Of a stretch of DNA of 64,000 bases, positions 26,101 through 41,100 are shown in pieces (the stretch's first letter is position 1; every line of letters starts with the position of its first letter). Origin of the DNA: Raillietiella orientalis (lineage: Eukaryota); NCBI GenBank assembly GCA_036172245.1, contig JAYWIR010000042.1, positions 310,001 through 374,000 of the forward strand. The letters run 5' to 3'. The notes beneath the pieces were generated by a model. It was not told where the DNA came from. It did not search any database and saw only the letters and a list, made by a program, of their open reading frames with translations. A program made the position numbers and the translations under genes.

Positions 26101-29100
26101 ATGAATACCCTCCAAGATGACTCGGGTTGGAAGCCGGAAGCCAGATGCCCCTGTTGAGTGGATGGAATTGGAAATCAACCCACTGGGATTCTTCCAGGAA
26201 TCAAGGAGTCGGTTACCCTTGGGATTCCCCTTCCAGTCGTGGAGAGGAGCCGCGCATCTCGTACCATGGAGGAGCTGGCGGACTGATACCTCTCCAGAAA
26301 ACCGTACTCCAGAGAAAATTTGGAAAATTCGGGGTTTCTCTCCAGAGAAGCGGTTACGCGGACTCCCTCTGGAGAAGAAATTCCAGGAGCGGATCCTTTC
26401 CGGGTACCCTCCAGAGGAAAAATAAAGGATTGCTCCTCTTCCGGGAGAACAAGGGAGGTGTCCTTTGTGTTTCTCTTCGGAGAGAGACTTCCCGGCAGGG
26501 TTCCCTCCCAAGTATGAGAGAAGAACGGGCTGCTTCCTTCGGAGCCTCCCCCGATTCATAGGGTCGTCCCCTCACTCGGTGACCCCCTATAACATGAAGA
26601 ATGGGCACGCACCCTAGGGTGGCGTGGAATAGCGTTCATGGGTATGAGGGATCAACGAAAGATGCACCACCCTTACTTGGGCGCAAGGAATTGGAGAAGA
26701 GTTTTGGTTTAGCTTTCAAGAGGTGTGCGGCGAGGCCGGGGCTGCTCTGAGGCGCGAATGACAGATCATCGACAGGCTTCTAAAGGAACTGGGAAACGCG
26801 CCCCACTTTGTGCAGCACGAGGAAACGGATTCATTCGTTTACTTTACGAAACTCCTGCGAAAGATCTCACTTCCAAGAGACGGCCACGGGAGGGAAGTGA
26901 CGGTAAGACAGGTTCTCAGGAGCTGAAAGCTCCTGTTCTTGCCGAGAGCTAGAAACCTCAGAAACCGCAGAAGAATACCAGAGCACAAGACACGACACCA
27001 GGCTGGGTGGAATCCATTCTTTCGCGGAAAGAGGATCGCGGAAGAAAAGAGCAGGGAAAGCTTCCATAGGTCGTTTCTCAGTCAAGCACAAGTCGTGGCA
27101 CAAACTGCAGCAGGGTGCCTGGTCTGAGAGCGATGGACGTACCCTCGCAAAGAAATTCACGAGCAAGAACGATCACGCGAGGTGTAAATGTGTGGTTTTC
27201 AAGAGAGAGATCAGACAGTTATTGATCAATGCGTCTCCGGCGCTGACACCAAGCTCTTAATTAGGAAGCGGGATTTCTAGGTGAACACACACAACGATGC
27301 AAGGCTTCTTGACAGCATTGTAGGAAGGGCATACTCCTGGAATGAGGGGAGACCTCAAAGAGAATTCACAGAGGTGGCCAACCAAATAAGATTGAGAATC
27401 AGCTCGGGCAGGGAGGTAAAAGGAGTGCCAGAAAACGTTTGTTCTCATTAAGGAAGTAGCAGGATACTTGATTTTAGATTACGCACACAAGGAAAGGAGA
27501 TGCTATGAGGAAGAGGGTGAAGAGCTGTCAACTTTCAGACAGTTTGACGAGCATCCGCGTAAATGATGGCAAGATGTACCAGGAAAACAGGAAAACATGA
27601 GCCTCCTACTGGCCAAAATAAAACGTATCCTAGCTGACGGACTTCCAAGCACGGGCAGAGTACACAAACCCATCGACAACACAACCTTCGGCCTTCTGGC
27701 TAAGATCAAAGCGTAGAACCTTAAGATGGCGCTGGACCCAAGCAGGAGAAATTGAAATCTATACAAGGATTTCCAAGTTCTAGAAAATCGGAGTGTCATT
27801 CGACTCTTGAATGCTCTGGAGCAACTGAAGCCTTTAATGGAACTTACATCGCTATAAATCCAACACTGCCGAATGATCGCATTCAGCATTCAGCAATTTA
27901 GAAACAGCCTCCCAGCCACCCACCTTGTCAACAGACTGCAAGAAAGCCGTCCGAAATTTCTCGACGGCGGCCGCAAGCAACCGAACCGAGCGTACCAGTC
28001 GCATAAGGCAGAGGACGAAAAGCAGCAGACTGTCTCCTTCCACAAGACTTTTGGTTCTCGTAGAACCTCCCGCATCCCACGACCGCGGCATGACCACCGC
28101 TGCAAAAGTCGCACCACCCTCCTTACTAACTCGTTCAGATACACAGTTTTCCCTAAAGGCAGCCAATACGAACTCCTATCCCGAATTCAGTCCGCTAAAC
28201 AGCCGTAGACACGCGGCCTGGCTTCCCCCAAGATGGTATGAAGCCGACCACGAATAGGCCTTGGAAAAAACGCACACACAAGAAACATCTCGATCTAACC
28301 GAAAGCACGGAGCAGTGATGACAGTCTTGGAGTTTTCACTTCGAATCTTCGCCTCCTTCGATCAACAGCACCCTTTTGGACGGAAGTGCAACATTCTCCC
28401 CGTTCCTTCCGGCACCAGCTATACCCCTGCAGATACTTCGATCCAGAACTTGCGTACGATCGAATCGAAGACAGCAAATGAGCAAACACCACCGCTTGTT
28501 GCATGAGACATGGGAACCCTGCAGCTCTCGGTAGACAAATCGGCAAGTGCAGTAGCACGTTCAGACGCGCCCGGACTTTACCTCTTTCTTGCATTTTCGC
28601 GAGAGGTTTCGAGATACAGCGGACTCAGATGGCACCACACAAAATCAACAGCTTCCCCTCCCCCTTCCTCCCTCACTGTTTTCTCTCCGTGGAATCTCGC
28701 ATCAACTCGCACAAAAGGAGAACAATCCACCCCACTAAAGGGTCCATGTTTTGTTCGGCATATCATCCCACGCTCCTCTTCCCGACAAAGTCAACTGGAA
28801 GAGGATGCAGTGGTCTGCTGTACTGCTCCCTATTCCTGCACTTGCAGGTGTTGCGGCACACCTCCTTTTGAGACGAGCGCTTTACCGTGCTGAGGTGCAC
28901 GCCATCGGTCGTGATCACCGTACAGACTGCCAAGGAGCCACTGCACCTACAAGTTCGCACGGAAGAACGGCACCACCTTGCCAAATCCGGGAAAGCAGAT
29001 CTAAACGGAACTCACTCGAACACGCAGTGGACGGTGCTCTGCAATGAGCAAGGAGCACAAGCAAAAGGGGGAGGACGGGAGGGTTCGTGTCCCGCGGGAG

Positions 29101-32100
29101 ACGATGCGCAGTGACACCGAGCACCGCGCGCCGCGAGAGAGCGAAACTCCTGAAGAAGCCTTGAACACGGCGGCATGCCGTAAAACCGTAGGAGCAGGAA
29201 TCCAGTGACGGGACCACCCAACTGAAAAGCAACGAGCCTCGTGGGTGATCCTGCACGCGGAGCCCATCCAAGGGATCCTTTAGTAGGAACATACTGAGAG
29301 ATCATTCCGGAAAATCGGCCTTTGTCCAGTCATCGAAAATGCCTCCCAACCAGAGAACTCCGATGGCACACACACTTCTATCGACCAGCAAAGGTCACTA
29401 CCATCGACCTCGGAGGGAGAGATGGACAGGTCAGCTCGGGAAGATGGCACGAAATGTGCTTTTTTCAAGCACCATGGATCAGTAAAGAGCCTTCAACAAG
29501 ACCCGTATCCTAGAGTCAAGTAGCACCTCTCTTGTGATGACTTCTGAGATTAAAGTGACCTTTCGAAGACTTCGTTTTCTTCTTTCGCAGCTGCTGCAGT
29601 GATTGCGGAAGTGACGTGAAATAAGAATTTCGTTGCCCGAACCTTGTACGCTTCAACAGGTACTCGATGAGGAATGTGTCCTGACCCCAGGGCAAAAAAA
29701 AACCAGGGGAAAAGCACTAATCATAAACTCCGCTCTTGTTGCTGTCCTCAAGCACTAATCCAGTGCTGCGCTTCGCAGCGCGAGAGACCGAAGTCCGACC
29801 CCGTGCGAGGGAAGCTCCCGAGGTCGAACCAGGTCGGGGAGGATCCTGGAAAATAAGCACGCAGGAGATGGAGTCCGACAGCTCCCCGCTTCTCGGGTCA
29901 TTAGCCAAATCCGGAGACGCTCGAGAAACTCGGGATGACAATCCCGCCGAACCGAGCTGGACGGCGTACTCCGGGTCTCTCACGCTTCCCGCGCCGTGCA
30001 ACCCAGACGTCGTCCTCGGGTGAGGCGGCGAGAGGAGCGCGTTGCTACCAGCAAGCCTTCGTAGTGAGGGCACCCAGAGAAACGCCTCCGATGCGCCTGC
30101 GGGCTCAGCGGGCAGTCCGGCGCGAGGTCCGACGAACAGGAGCGGGGAAAATCTGGAGGGCGGGCCACGCACTTCCTCAGGCAACATCGCCGCACGCGAA
30201 CCCGGAAGGACACAAAACCCCCCGCGCAGGCTGTGGAATCGCTCCTAACCGGGCTCGAAGCGGGCAGCGTCGGGAGTGGGTCCAAGCCGCCTTTGACGGG
30301 AGCTTTTCCTCCGGGCGGAAGAAGCGACGATCGGGAGCAGGGCACGGGAAGTGCTGGCTGGCTGGAGAAGCGGCTCGCCTGTGGGTGCTAACGGTGGAAG
30401 AGAGAAGACGTCGCGCTCGAGGAGGAGGAAACTTTCGAGACCGCTGTCCGGGGAGCCTGGGACAGGCGAACTGGATGCAGGATCGGAGATGGCACTCCGA
30501 GAGCGGGATCCAGGGCCGGGAAGCGCGCTGCTGTGGCAGTGCAGCAGCCAGCAGTAGAGTTTCACTCCGCCACGCCATAACACGGTAGCCCCATCGCGCC
30601 AACGAGGGGATGTCCACTTTCGGGGTCAAGGTCATCTCGCCATTTCCGACGGAGAGGGCAAAAAACAAGGAAGAAACGGAAGTGCGCAGCAGCAGCAGCA
30701 GCAGCAGCAGTGCATGAGGGGTAGGACATCTCCTTCCCCCTCCTGACGCTGCTGCTGCTCCGACCTGCCGCTTCCAGCGCTTACCGGTATCTGGTACCTC
30801 CTCAGCAATATCAGCCCCGCTACGACGTCGGTGGGGACGACATCCAGGTCAGCAAAGTAGTCTGAGAAAAGCTGACCGATCTCGGCGAAGGAATGCTGGA
30901 AGAGAACCGGAAGAGAGAGCGCAGTTAGCTCGGAGAATTGTGGCAAGCGAGCGCTCCCTGAGTTCCACTCTCACGCCCCACCTAACGGGGGGGGGGGGCA
31001 GGAACTTTCCCTCATCCTTCGGTCGCAAGCGTCGCTTCCCAGAGGCACAGTCCCTTCAGCCCCACGGCAAAAGCCAACGGTCGAAACTGGGTGGGACACG
31101 CAGCTTATGGACGGGAGCCCCAGACATCAAAGCTCGACGCTCCGCCCATCCCCCGCGGGAGAGTTTTGGCTCACCCTCAAAAGACACGACGCAGGGGCAA
31201 GAAAAAAAGGGAGCCTGCGAGTTGGCCACAGCGCCGGCCGCTCTCCGAGGACAGCCGCCAACCGGCAGGGCAGGAGCTCTCCCGGCACCGTCGCAGGATC
31301 GGCGGAACTCCTTCACAGGTGGTGGACTACGCCCTAACTGTTTAAGGACCACTGTGACGGCGCGGGAACCGCTGGGAGGATCTGCTGCTGGGCTCCCTGC
31401 CCAAATGAGACTGGTGATCCCGACCTGTGCGTGGGCAGCTCCTCGCTACCCTTCCTCATGCAAGAAACGATGGCGCTCTTCCATCGTCGGGGCTTCCCGC
31501 GAAACATGCAAAGGCGTCGCACGAAAAGGGGGGGAAGCTTCTCCGAAAGCGCTCCAGGTGGTAGGACGATCCCACCCGTCCCGAGCCAACTGTGTCGGAT
31601 AGCGGCGGTGCCCTTCTGCATCGGGGCAGCGGGAGGCCCTCCCGCGCCCAGTGGACTCTCGAGAGGACTCCATGCGACCGCTTCTCCGTCCCGGATGGAC
31701 TCTCGCCGGCTGCAGCAGCCGCAATCCCGTGCCACATCCCCTCAAGACCGCCCTGATGGATGTCTGCATCGGAGAGCGGGAAGGTGGCTTCATCCCCGGA
31801 TCCCACAGAGAGAGATGGCATCGCCCCCTTCGTGCAAGGGTCGAGCGGGAGGAAAACTGGACTGTGATTCCCAATCACTGGTTCGCCTCGGTTTACCTTA
31901 CTTCCTACCTTCTGGTCCGTCATTCAGAGACTACCACCTCCTCTCCCGCACTCATCTGTACGTCAAATACCCCCCCCACTCATTCCTACTCCTACGCAAC
32001 TACTCCAGTAGGGATCCGCTTCTGCGCTCCGCACGTCCGTCCATCGTTGCCAGTGAACGCGAAAGCGCAGCCAAGTGAATGACCCCATCTCTCGCAGTAA

Positions 32101-35100
32101 GTCCTTTTTTTTTTACCTGGTAGGACTTGGAGTCTCTCATGCAGCAGAAGATCAGCTGGCATCGGTTGCTCCAGGAGCTGCGATAGGCACGGATCACCTT
32201 CCTAGAAGACAAAGAGCGGGAGGACTTCGAAACTTTGCGGCGCAGCTTTCCTTTCAGGCGCGCACAGCCCTGTGGGCGTGAGTGGTGCTACGCAGCCCCC
32301 ATACGCACATTCTTATCCACCCCACCCAAAAGCGTGAAAGGGACAAACACAGAGTCGGCCATTCCTTCAAGAAACTTTCTGTTGTGCGCTTGTTACTTAA
32401 CCTAACCTCACATAACATAACATAAGCCAATCTACCGTACCTTACCTATATGACCAAGCCAACCTACTCCACCTACCTAACTTGACCTAACCCACCTTAC
32501 CTAACTCAAAGATTTGTTTGTTTGTGTGTGTGTTTACGTGTGGCACTGCTCGCCTGTCGCCAGCAGGAGCAGCTATGCACCGGAGCCCTGGACTAGCACC
32601 TCCACTCTGGGGCTGCTCGTGCGTCCTCGAAAATCGCTGGCAGCTTCCGATCCTCCACTCAGATGGCCAAATAGCAGACCCTACACGCGAAAACGAGCTT
32701 CCACTCCATCTGGCATTCTTTGACGGGTGCATCTGCAGGGCGCGGGTGTCAGTCGGAATTCTGGAGAAATCTGGAGAGACGTCTCAGCGTTCGAGATCTT
32801 CGGCCCTACCGAAGTGGAATAACCCCAGAGGGATCAACGGCTGAAGCGAAAACGGATCATGCAATGGTCCGTGCATCCGAGGCAACCAAAACGGTATGCA
32901 TCGGGGCGGGAAGCGGCCACACCCAACAGCAGCATGGTGGTTTTTGATCGGGTCCCGGTTCTAAATCGCTGCCCGCACGTCCTCTCTCTTGCACATATCG
33001 TTGCTAGCCTTTTAGGGACCGAAATCAGGGCGCCGAGAATCGCAGCGCTATTTGATCTGCAGCTACCCTGCGACCTTTCGGAGCAGAGAGGTCCGTGTTT
33101 CTATGGACCTGGTCAAAGGGTTCGAAAGAGCCCCCATCCGGACCTTTGAACGCTTTGCAAGCATGCTATCCCCACTCTGAGGCACAAGGGGGAAGTCTCT
33201 CTTCGCTGAGCCCGAAAGCGGACGCGAGAGCAGCATCTCTCTTTCAGTGCTTTAGAATGCTGGTACAGAAACTTTCGTCCTGTCGAGTTTCCGCAAAGGC
33301 GGTGCCTGCTAGATTCACCACCACTGAAGCATCTGACAACCTTCGCAAAACCGATGTCATCATTTTTCTTTGTTGTTTTCTTTTGGTTTTCGTAAGGAAC
33401 AGTAAGTGCTGCCTTGCTCAATCACAACTTCCTGGCATCCTTTCAGCAGCCTGCTTGAGATTCGGCGACGGCACTGCAATCCAGACAGACTGTCGCTTCT
33501 CTGTTTTTCGAAACCGCCACGAAAGAACGGTCTACTGCCCCACCTCAGAAACGGCCGGGTTCGCCAGACGCCTGCTGGCACGCTGTCATCTCCTTCCTAA
33601 TTACTTTGCGCAGCCTCTTCCTGCCTAGCTTGCAGATCTTCCAGAACGCCCACTGGTCATCCTCGTAATGATTTATGAAACGAAAAAGTGCGCAATTAGT
33701 GGGATCGAACGCCTTCATCACCACCGCAACGAAAGTTCTGCGAAATTTCGGCATGCGAGAAAGAAAATTCCCAGGAGCTGCTCGTATCAAAAAAAAAAAA
33801 AAAATACAACGGCTTCCTGGATAGAACAGACTGCTTGTTGCATCAAGAAAACAACGGGCTCGATGCTGCGAACGCAAGAACATCCCCTGTGCCTCCCTCC
33901 ACCTCTGATTCGTTAATCGGCGTGTAGTTCCTCGCCCGCTCGCTGTTCTTTAGGGCGCACTGTTCTTCGGTGCTTACCCTAGGGCCAGCCAACTTTGAGC
34001 TGAGGGAAGGCGAGAGAGCTTTGGACGGGGGCTTTGGACAACCTTCTCGACCGCGCGAACCCTCGCATCGCATGGCCGCGAGACGCCCCTCCAGCCGGCT
34101 CAACGAACGGCTTCGAAACGGCTCCAACTTCGCCGCAACGCACTTGACCCTGCCTGGTGGTCAGCGTACGCCGCTGCGGCAAACTGCTCGCAAGAACCCT
34201 CGCGGCGATGATTCGGCTCCCTTCGGCGCACATCGAGAGCACAACGAGGACAACTCCCGAACTGCGGCTCGCAGAGATCCGCCTAGGGACCGGCGTACCC
34301 CGGTGAGCACAGCGAAGCGAGGGGATCGAGCACACGCCATCGTTTCCGCCACAAGGCCAGAGGACGGCCTCCTGAATTTCGGCCTACGACGCTTGGGACT
34401 TGCTGCAACGGGGGATCAACTCCTTTACCCAGCCTTCCTGCGGACTGCATCATAATTCCGGTGGCGACAGAGATGCCTCGTTCGCCACGGAGATTTCGTT
34501 TCCGCAGCAGGAAGGTGCGTGCTTGTAAAGGGTTGTGTTTGCCCTCGACCCTGGAATCATCGTTGCTCACCCTCGACCATGAAAAGCCTATTTGTCTTCC
34601 AGTTCATAAGGAAAACTTGCCCTCATCCTGTAGTCGCAGACATCGGTTTTCTACCCATTCGAAAAGCAGTCATTCTAATGTCTTGAGCCGAAAGTTTTGG
34701 ATGATTTCTATTCAGTCCTTTAGTCCTTTTCACATGGACCTGGTTTGCTGTCGCCAAAAAGGCCGCCATTTACCCTTTCGCTATGATTGCGAGTCACCAA
34801 ATGAATGGCTGCATTCGATCTGCAGCCATCTTTTCAATCAAGTTCGCGAAACGACATTGCCACAGGTAATAGCTATTTCGTCTGGTGTTATACCTTTGCG
34901 AGAATTCATACAAAAGGGCACCTCCATGATCCCCGAAGACACTTCATCCAGAACGCTATGCAGTTGTCTTACTTTCAAAAAGGGGGAAAAAAAAAAAAAA
35001 ACGACGTGACACGCAGACTCGTCTCGCGACTGCAGTCACCAGGTCACATGAATGCTCGTGATCCTATGGATGGCTATGAATGCTGGCTGAGCACTCATCC

Positions 35101-38100
35101 CAGAATCGCAAGCGGTTTTTGGAAATGCCCGTTCCCATAACAACATGAAAAGGTGATCACAATGACGATTCCTCAAAACTCCACCCTGCCAGAAACGAAT
35201 GTACTGGCTATGAAGGAACAGACTGCAGATAACCAAGCACCGGAACTAAGCCCTTGGGCGTTCGATGCAGGAAATACTCATACGACTGCAGCTTTTTGGA
35301 AAAAGAACTGTGCACGACTCCACTCTAAATGAGAAACAGCATCAGTGGTTGGGATGCAAAAGATGAATCCAACGAAATGATCGCAAGGATCAGAATGAAA
35401 AAGGAAATGAAATCGTTTCCCGATCCTTCCTTCAACATGATGAGTTCCAGCTGCTTTGCTCCATTTAATCGCAGCACTACTCATTATCTCCTTTACGCAC
35501 TAATCGGGCTCGCGGTACGTCGTAGATGAATCGGCGGAGTCAGGAAACTGTCATGCCGAACCATCAGTTGCCAAACACGACTGATCAATCAACGTTCGTG
35601 TTGTTATTTCAGATTAAGTACGACTCCCTCAGAACAGGATGATCAAAAGCAGAGCTAAGGACAGGCACACTCTAACCAGGAAAGTGCCGGATGTTTAAGA
35701 GGACTTCGAGCCCTCTTATTAATTAGCAGCAAATAAATGAAGTAGTACCAAAAGCGAGAACAAGCAATAAACCATGAAACAGAAGCATTACAGCCATTTT
35801 TTATTGATTTCAGGTCCTACATGCTTTGGGTACCGAAGCTTTAACGAGCGAAGATGACTTCAGCTTCAATAATTTTGCTCTTAGGGACGTTTCTAACCTG
35901 CAGGATTTAATCTGACTTTTCGTGGAGTACATGAAATAAAGTAAGTCCGTCGCACCTCTTCTACCTGAGGAAAGCCCGAGTGCAGAGCTTCTCCTTCCCA
36001 TAACTGCTTGGGCATCACCGAACCAAAGTGTGCGTCCAGCGGCGTCAGGGAATTCACATAAAAGAATCGAAACACAAGACTAGTGCTCTGGAACCGAAGA
36101 TCGCATTTTGCTCGAAGGCATTTGGACGAGGTGCACCACTTGAGCGTTGTGAAACAGTACGGGCGATGTAATGCATTCATAACGTACGTACAGGCAGGAA
36201 AAAATATGGAAAACGTTTTACGGCCAAGTGCTGTGGGTTTCCCTTAAGATCACGAGATTAGCCCCATCCAGGCCGCAAACGACATCCTTGGAAGATCTTT
36301 CTGTTTATTGAGGTTTTTTTTCCCTCCGACATTGCTGTACTGAGGGTTCATAAACCAATAGCCTACCAAAGCCTTGCCGTTTCATCACACACAGCTGTAT
36401 GAACGCTGGACCCAGAGCCATTCGTGTAAAAGCAAGCTCGTATCACACAAAGCAGGTCCGGCGAAACTCTTGCGGTTTATGCAGAGAAAGAAAAGAAGCA
36501 GAAAAACAGCAAGGAGTATTCGCTCCTTATGGGGAACCATACTTTATCAGGGCCCTTTTATAGAGTGTGATTATCACGAAACTCCTTACGGGGTAGGTCT
36601 TCCAAATTGCAGTTTTTATTTTTTATTTTATTTTTTTTAAATATGGACATTATTTTCAACAGGATGCTCTCCTCAGCGAGCTTCGATCACTCAAGAGAAC
36701 GTAGAGTGCAAGCGGCTGTTAAGGAAACCCAGCGTCTACAGAAGAAAAGATCTTGCGGAGCTCATATTCTACCCACACCCTGCGGATTCTGCAGTAACAG
36801 CACAAAACGAAGAATACAACTACGAACACTGTCCAGAACTCCGCTGTGTGCGCCACATATCGGAAAACAGACACCAGAAACTGACACCAGTTAAGCAGAA
36901 AAAGCGCGGGCCGCCGTGCGTCTTTTTTTCCGGGAAAACATGACCGACGAATAGGAGGTTTATGTGATCACAGAACGAGGGCAGAGTTCAATTCGCGAAG
37001 AATGCGCTCAGTGACTCCTCGTGAGGAGCTGCTTGAATGTTGCGAGCGCATTTCAAGAGAAAAGACGAAAAGTAACGGTGTTGGGTGTACACGCAGCGAA
37101 GAGCGTCTCGGTTTGCCCAGCTGACATTCGGTCATGCGAGATGCATCCCCAGTTGCTAAGATTCTTCAGTAAGAACTCAAGAAGAATGGTGTGGCTTCAA
37201 GACGATTCTATCCAAAAGCGCTCCACAGCATTCTTCCATCACTTCGGTCAAACGTGAGGAGCCCTAAACGGTCGTTCCTTAAAATGCCTTTTTTTAAGAG
37301 GAATTCCTTGCCTAACCACAATTCCCAACTCCAGCAATTTTTGCTTCGTAGCTCACAGCTGAACCCCTTTATTATGCATAGTGACGTGATAACATTTTTT
37401 ACGAGACCTCCTATTCTTCGGCAGCAGCGCCCAGGTCTTTCACGAGTCTTACTTAGCTGCGAGTTCTAAAATCCATAGGTACCTTCTTTGCCATCTCACT
37501 TGGTCAAAAAATAGCATTCAACAACAAAAGATTCATATGCCAATGTACTGCCGGAAGATTTGTCCTGAGTGGCGAACCACTGGCACAGATCAACAGCAGA
37601 TGCTTTTTGCTTCTCAGAGTTGTCATTTTCGCGGCAGACTCCGCGAAAATCATCTCTTAAGATAAATCGGATAGTGGTCGCACCAACCAAAGGCAACAGC
37701 AGCTTCTTTCCATCGATCTTCTTGAGACTGCGCTGCGAAAGCATAGGTTCCGCACGTCGCTCTTCTGCTCGTCTGTGCGGATCCCATTTCAGAAGATTCA
37801 CCTGCAGATATCAAGCAGACCAGCTGATCGTGGTTCTTGGCCACATCCGCGCATGAAGGCGATCATGAGAACTTCCCATCGTTCGTGTTCATCGCTCATT
37901 AAACTCTCCAGCTTCACGTTTGCCATTTTCTGGAAATCGCCGCGAAAATCACTTGGAAACCAATCACAGAATCCTAGTGACAAGGATTTACGAGGTAACG
38001 GCTGCCTTCTTTCGCAAACGACTCCGACTCCACGGACGAAAAAACAAAGAACTTTGCAACATCCGGTAAACCATCGAGGCTCCTCCTCAAGCTGCAGTCC

Positions 38101-41100
38101 TTGCTGGACTCGGAAAACCTGATGGCAACTTCAGAGCCTTTCCTTGAAGGCGAGATGAGTTTTACCGAAGCTATGGATCGATGGAGAAGAATGGACCGGT
38201 GATTCTTTTCCACGGAGGCCTGCGGCTGATCAAAACTGAGCACGCAAAAGAGGCGCGACGTAATCTACAGGCACTGCAGATGATCTGCGATGCAACTGTG
38301 GTGGAATGGTGGTAGGTCGCAGCACTGCTTGCATGGAGGCACAAACTTGCCTGCCACCATGAAAATGAGCTGCCGTCAATCATGAAGAACATCGGCGTTC
38401 AAAAGTGACGACCAAGCAAGAAGACGAGCTCTTGCCCCACGAAAGCAAATGAGGAACAAAAAGGTAGGTGGAAAGAATGAGAGGAAGAATTCATCCTCCC
38501 CACTTCGCGGTAGAAGGGATCTTATTTCTCGTGCGTACGAACCTGTGCCTCCAAGTCCTGTGAAAGCTTCCAGAATGCCTTTTATGCCGATAACGAGAAT
38601 GGGAAGAAAGAAGCGACGACTGAAAGCGTTGCATGTTCACCCAGCTCTTCCCGGCGGAATCGAAAGCACACCAGAGCAGGACCAGCTGGAAGACGAAGGT
38701 CAGGAAGCTGCAAATCGTCAAACCTGGAACAGAAAGACGACTTGAAGCCATTCTTCCAAGTTCGAGGCAGGAAGGAAGGAATGAGAGAACGAGGAACAGC
38801 CGGCACCGGATGGAGCTCAATTGAAAACCTAACAGTCGATCAAAAGTGAGCATTTCAGTGCTGCCTATAACGCAAGGGGTGAACGTCTTCTGCCCTCTAC
38901 GAGTTAAACTGACCGTTTTGGAAAGCATGTGCCGGTGCAAGATGATCTCGTAACAGATCCCTCGGGTGCCTACTTTCTTGGCTCTACGAAAACCAATGTG
39001 GGAAGCAACTTGTAGCATCATCAACACCCTGAGTGCTATGGACGCGTCTATGCGTCTGGAAAAGGTCTTATACCCGCGACATTAGTTAACACTATCCATG
39101 TTTGAGATGGACACATACACTTGCGTGCTTATGATCGCTTCAGCAAAGGCAGTGAACAAAATTCTAACTGCTAACTGTTCTCGGTTTTTCAGAGAGGTGA
39201 CTCCCCGAAAAACCGAGAACAGCATAATGTTAAGGTTCTGGCATATGTAATTTCTTATGTTGCACCACATTCAAATGAATTACCGATTTTATTTTGGAAT
39301 CATAGTTTTCAAGTAAATAACACAAGTTTGGCAAAAATGAAAATATTTTATCTAACGTGGGGTGTAAGTGAACAATTATAATAGCAACCTTAACCAGCAC
39401 TTTACAAGGTCCGTCAGCATCTCCATGGAGAACGCGTTACGGGAGAAAAAAGCATTCCGTCCACAGAGATTGCCACTGAGGCTCGTGTGCCGTCAGCACA
39501 GAACATCTGATGAGCGCCACACCCAAAGGGTTAATTACACGATGCCTGATATACAGAAAAATTCAGTCGACTGACAATAATATGCACATGTAATGTTTAA
39601 AAATGACCTGCATAATCACCGCAGGTCGCTTTACGTACAGATATAGAGCCATGCATAGTAATTGATTAGGTACTTTACAGGAAATAGGTACGGTAGGGCC
39701 ACGTACAATGCAGTGGATGCGTTCCGCTCTGTAGGAATCCGCGTTATACGAGCCCTATGAGCTACATGTGGACCACATGATATTGATAGTATTTGGAAAA
39801 GATATAAACTGTATTTTAAAACTTTGTAACCACAGAACGCTTATCATCCGCTTTAAAACAAAAAGTAAAACTCTGAAAGTGTCTATTTTTTTTTTTATTT
39901 AACTAAATATTCACAGAACCTGGAATTTTTTTTTTAGAAAAAGCCGTTGGGGTTGTGTTAGTCAATTGAAACAACCCTATGGTTTCTCGCTGTTGGAAAA
40001 CCCACCTTCTTGAATTTCACTTGCGAAAATTTGAATAAAATAGAACTCAACCTACTTCAATCGCGTGTTCGTGTTCTTTCTCAAAATTGGAATTTATCCA
40101 CGGCGCATCTTATGGAGCTGATTTGCCGCGTTATACGGGCAAACAGATGGGGCCACTGCACAGATGTCAGGTGTCCCTGGTTCAAGCTGTAAGACAACAT
40201 AGATCCGTGAGTGCCGTTGGGAAAGTTCCCCACTTTCGGGCGCGACTTCCACCATCTGCCGCGCCAGTCATCGGGATCGTGCGCTTTAGGTGTCTTTTCG
40301 AGATGACCAGGTTGGCGGACTGCTGTGGAATGCCCGTTGAAACGAACGGCAGAGTTTTCGGAAGAGGATCGAGCCAAACGGGACACCTGTTCGCGGATCC
40401 TGCAGGGAGGCGCTACCAGTCGTCCACCCCACCGCTCAGCTACAGGTACAGGCTTGCAGGGAGTTTCAGCAGTCCTGAACTCACATCCACCATTTCCTCC
40501 TTCTCTTCCATCATCATCCGCTTCCACTCACGCAAATAAGCACGCCGTGTTTACGGAGGACGAATTGGAAGTACTTTGGAGAGGGGGAATGGGAGTCGCT
40601 CCACGCGAAACCGAGCAGAATGACAACGCGACAAGACGAGGACGCTGCGGAGCACAGTGAAACGCAGCAGAAACAGTCTCCGTGGATCGTCCAGCTAGCA
40701 AAGAGCGATTTCGTTCCTTTCGGGTGGCAGAAACTGGCAACCCGGAAGCGGTCGGCAGAGCATTCCACGTGCCCTCGGGCACGTGCTGCGACCCGATTAT
40801 CGGCTTGCGCGAGACTGCGCTAGAGAAATTCGGCCCTTAGGTGAGCAGCTGGCAACTTCCGAGCTTGATCTTCTTCCTTGGGTTTCGTCCTCCCTAGCCG
40901 TGTGACTCTCAGACCCGGAAATACGATCGGCTGCACTATCCAAAACGACTCGATCTGCGTTCGTGGTAACACCTCAGCAGCACTTGACAGTGGACGATCC
41001 ACTTCTCATTAATTCACCGCGGAGTGACAGCACAAGCGACGCAGAAAGGATGGCGCTTTATCTGGATAAAGTAATTCAGCAGCGACATATCTGCAGCAGG

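Noticed and set aside
37150..37420. TKQKLLELG on the minus strand, mariner-like
   Set aside because: A single short motif without the catalytic motifs.
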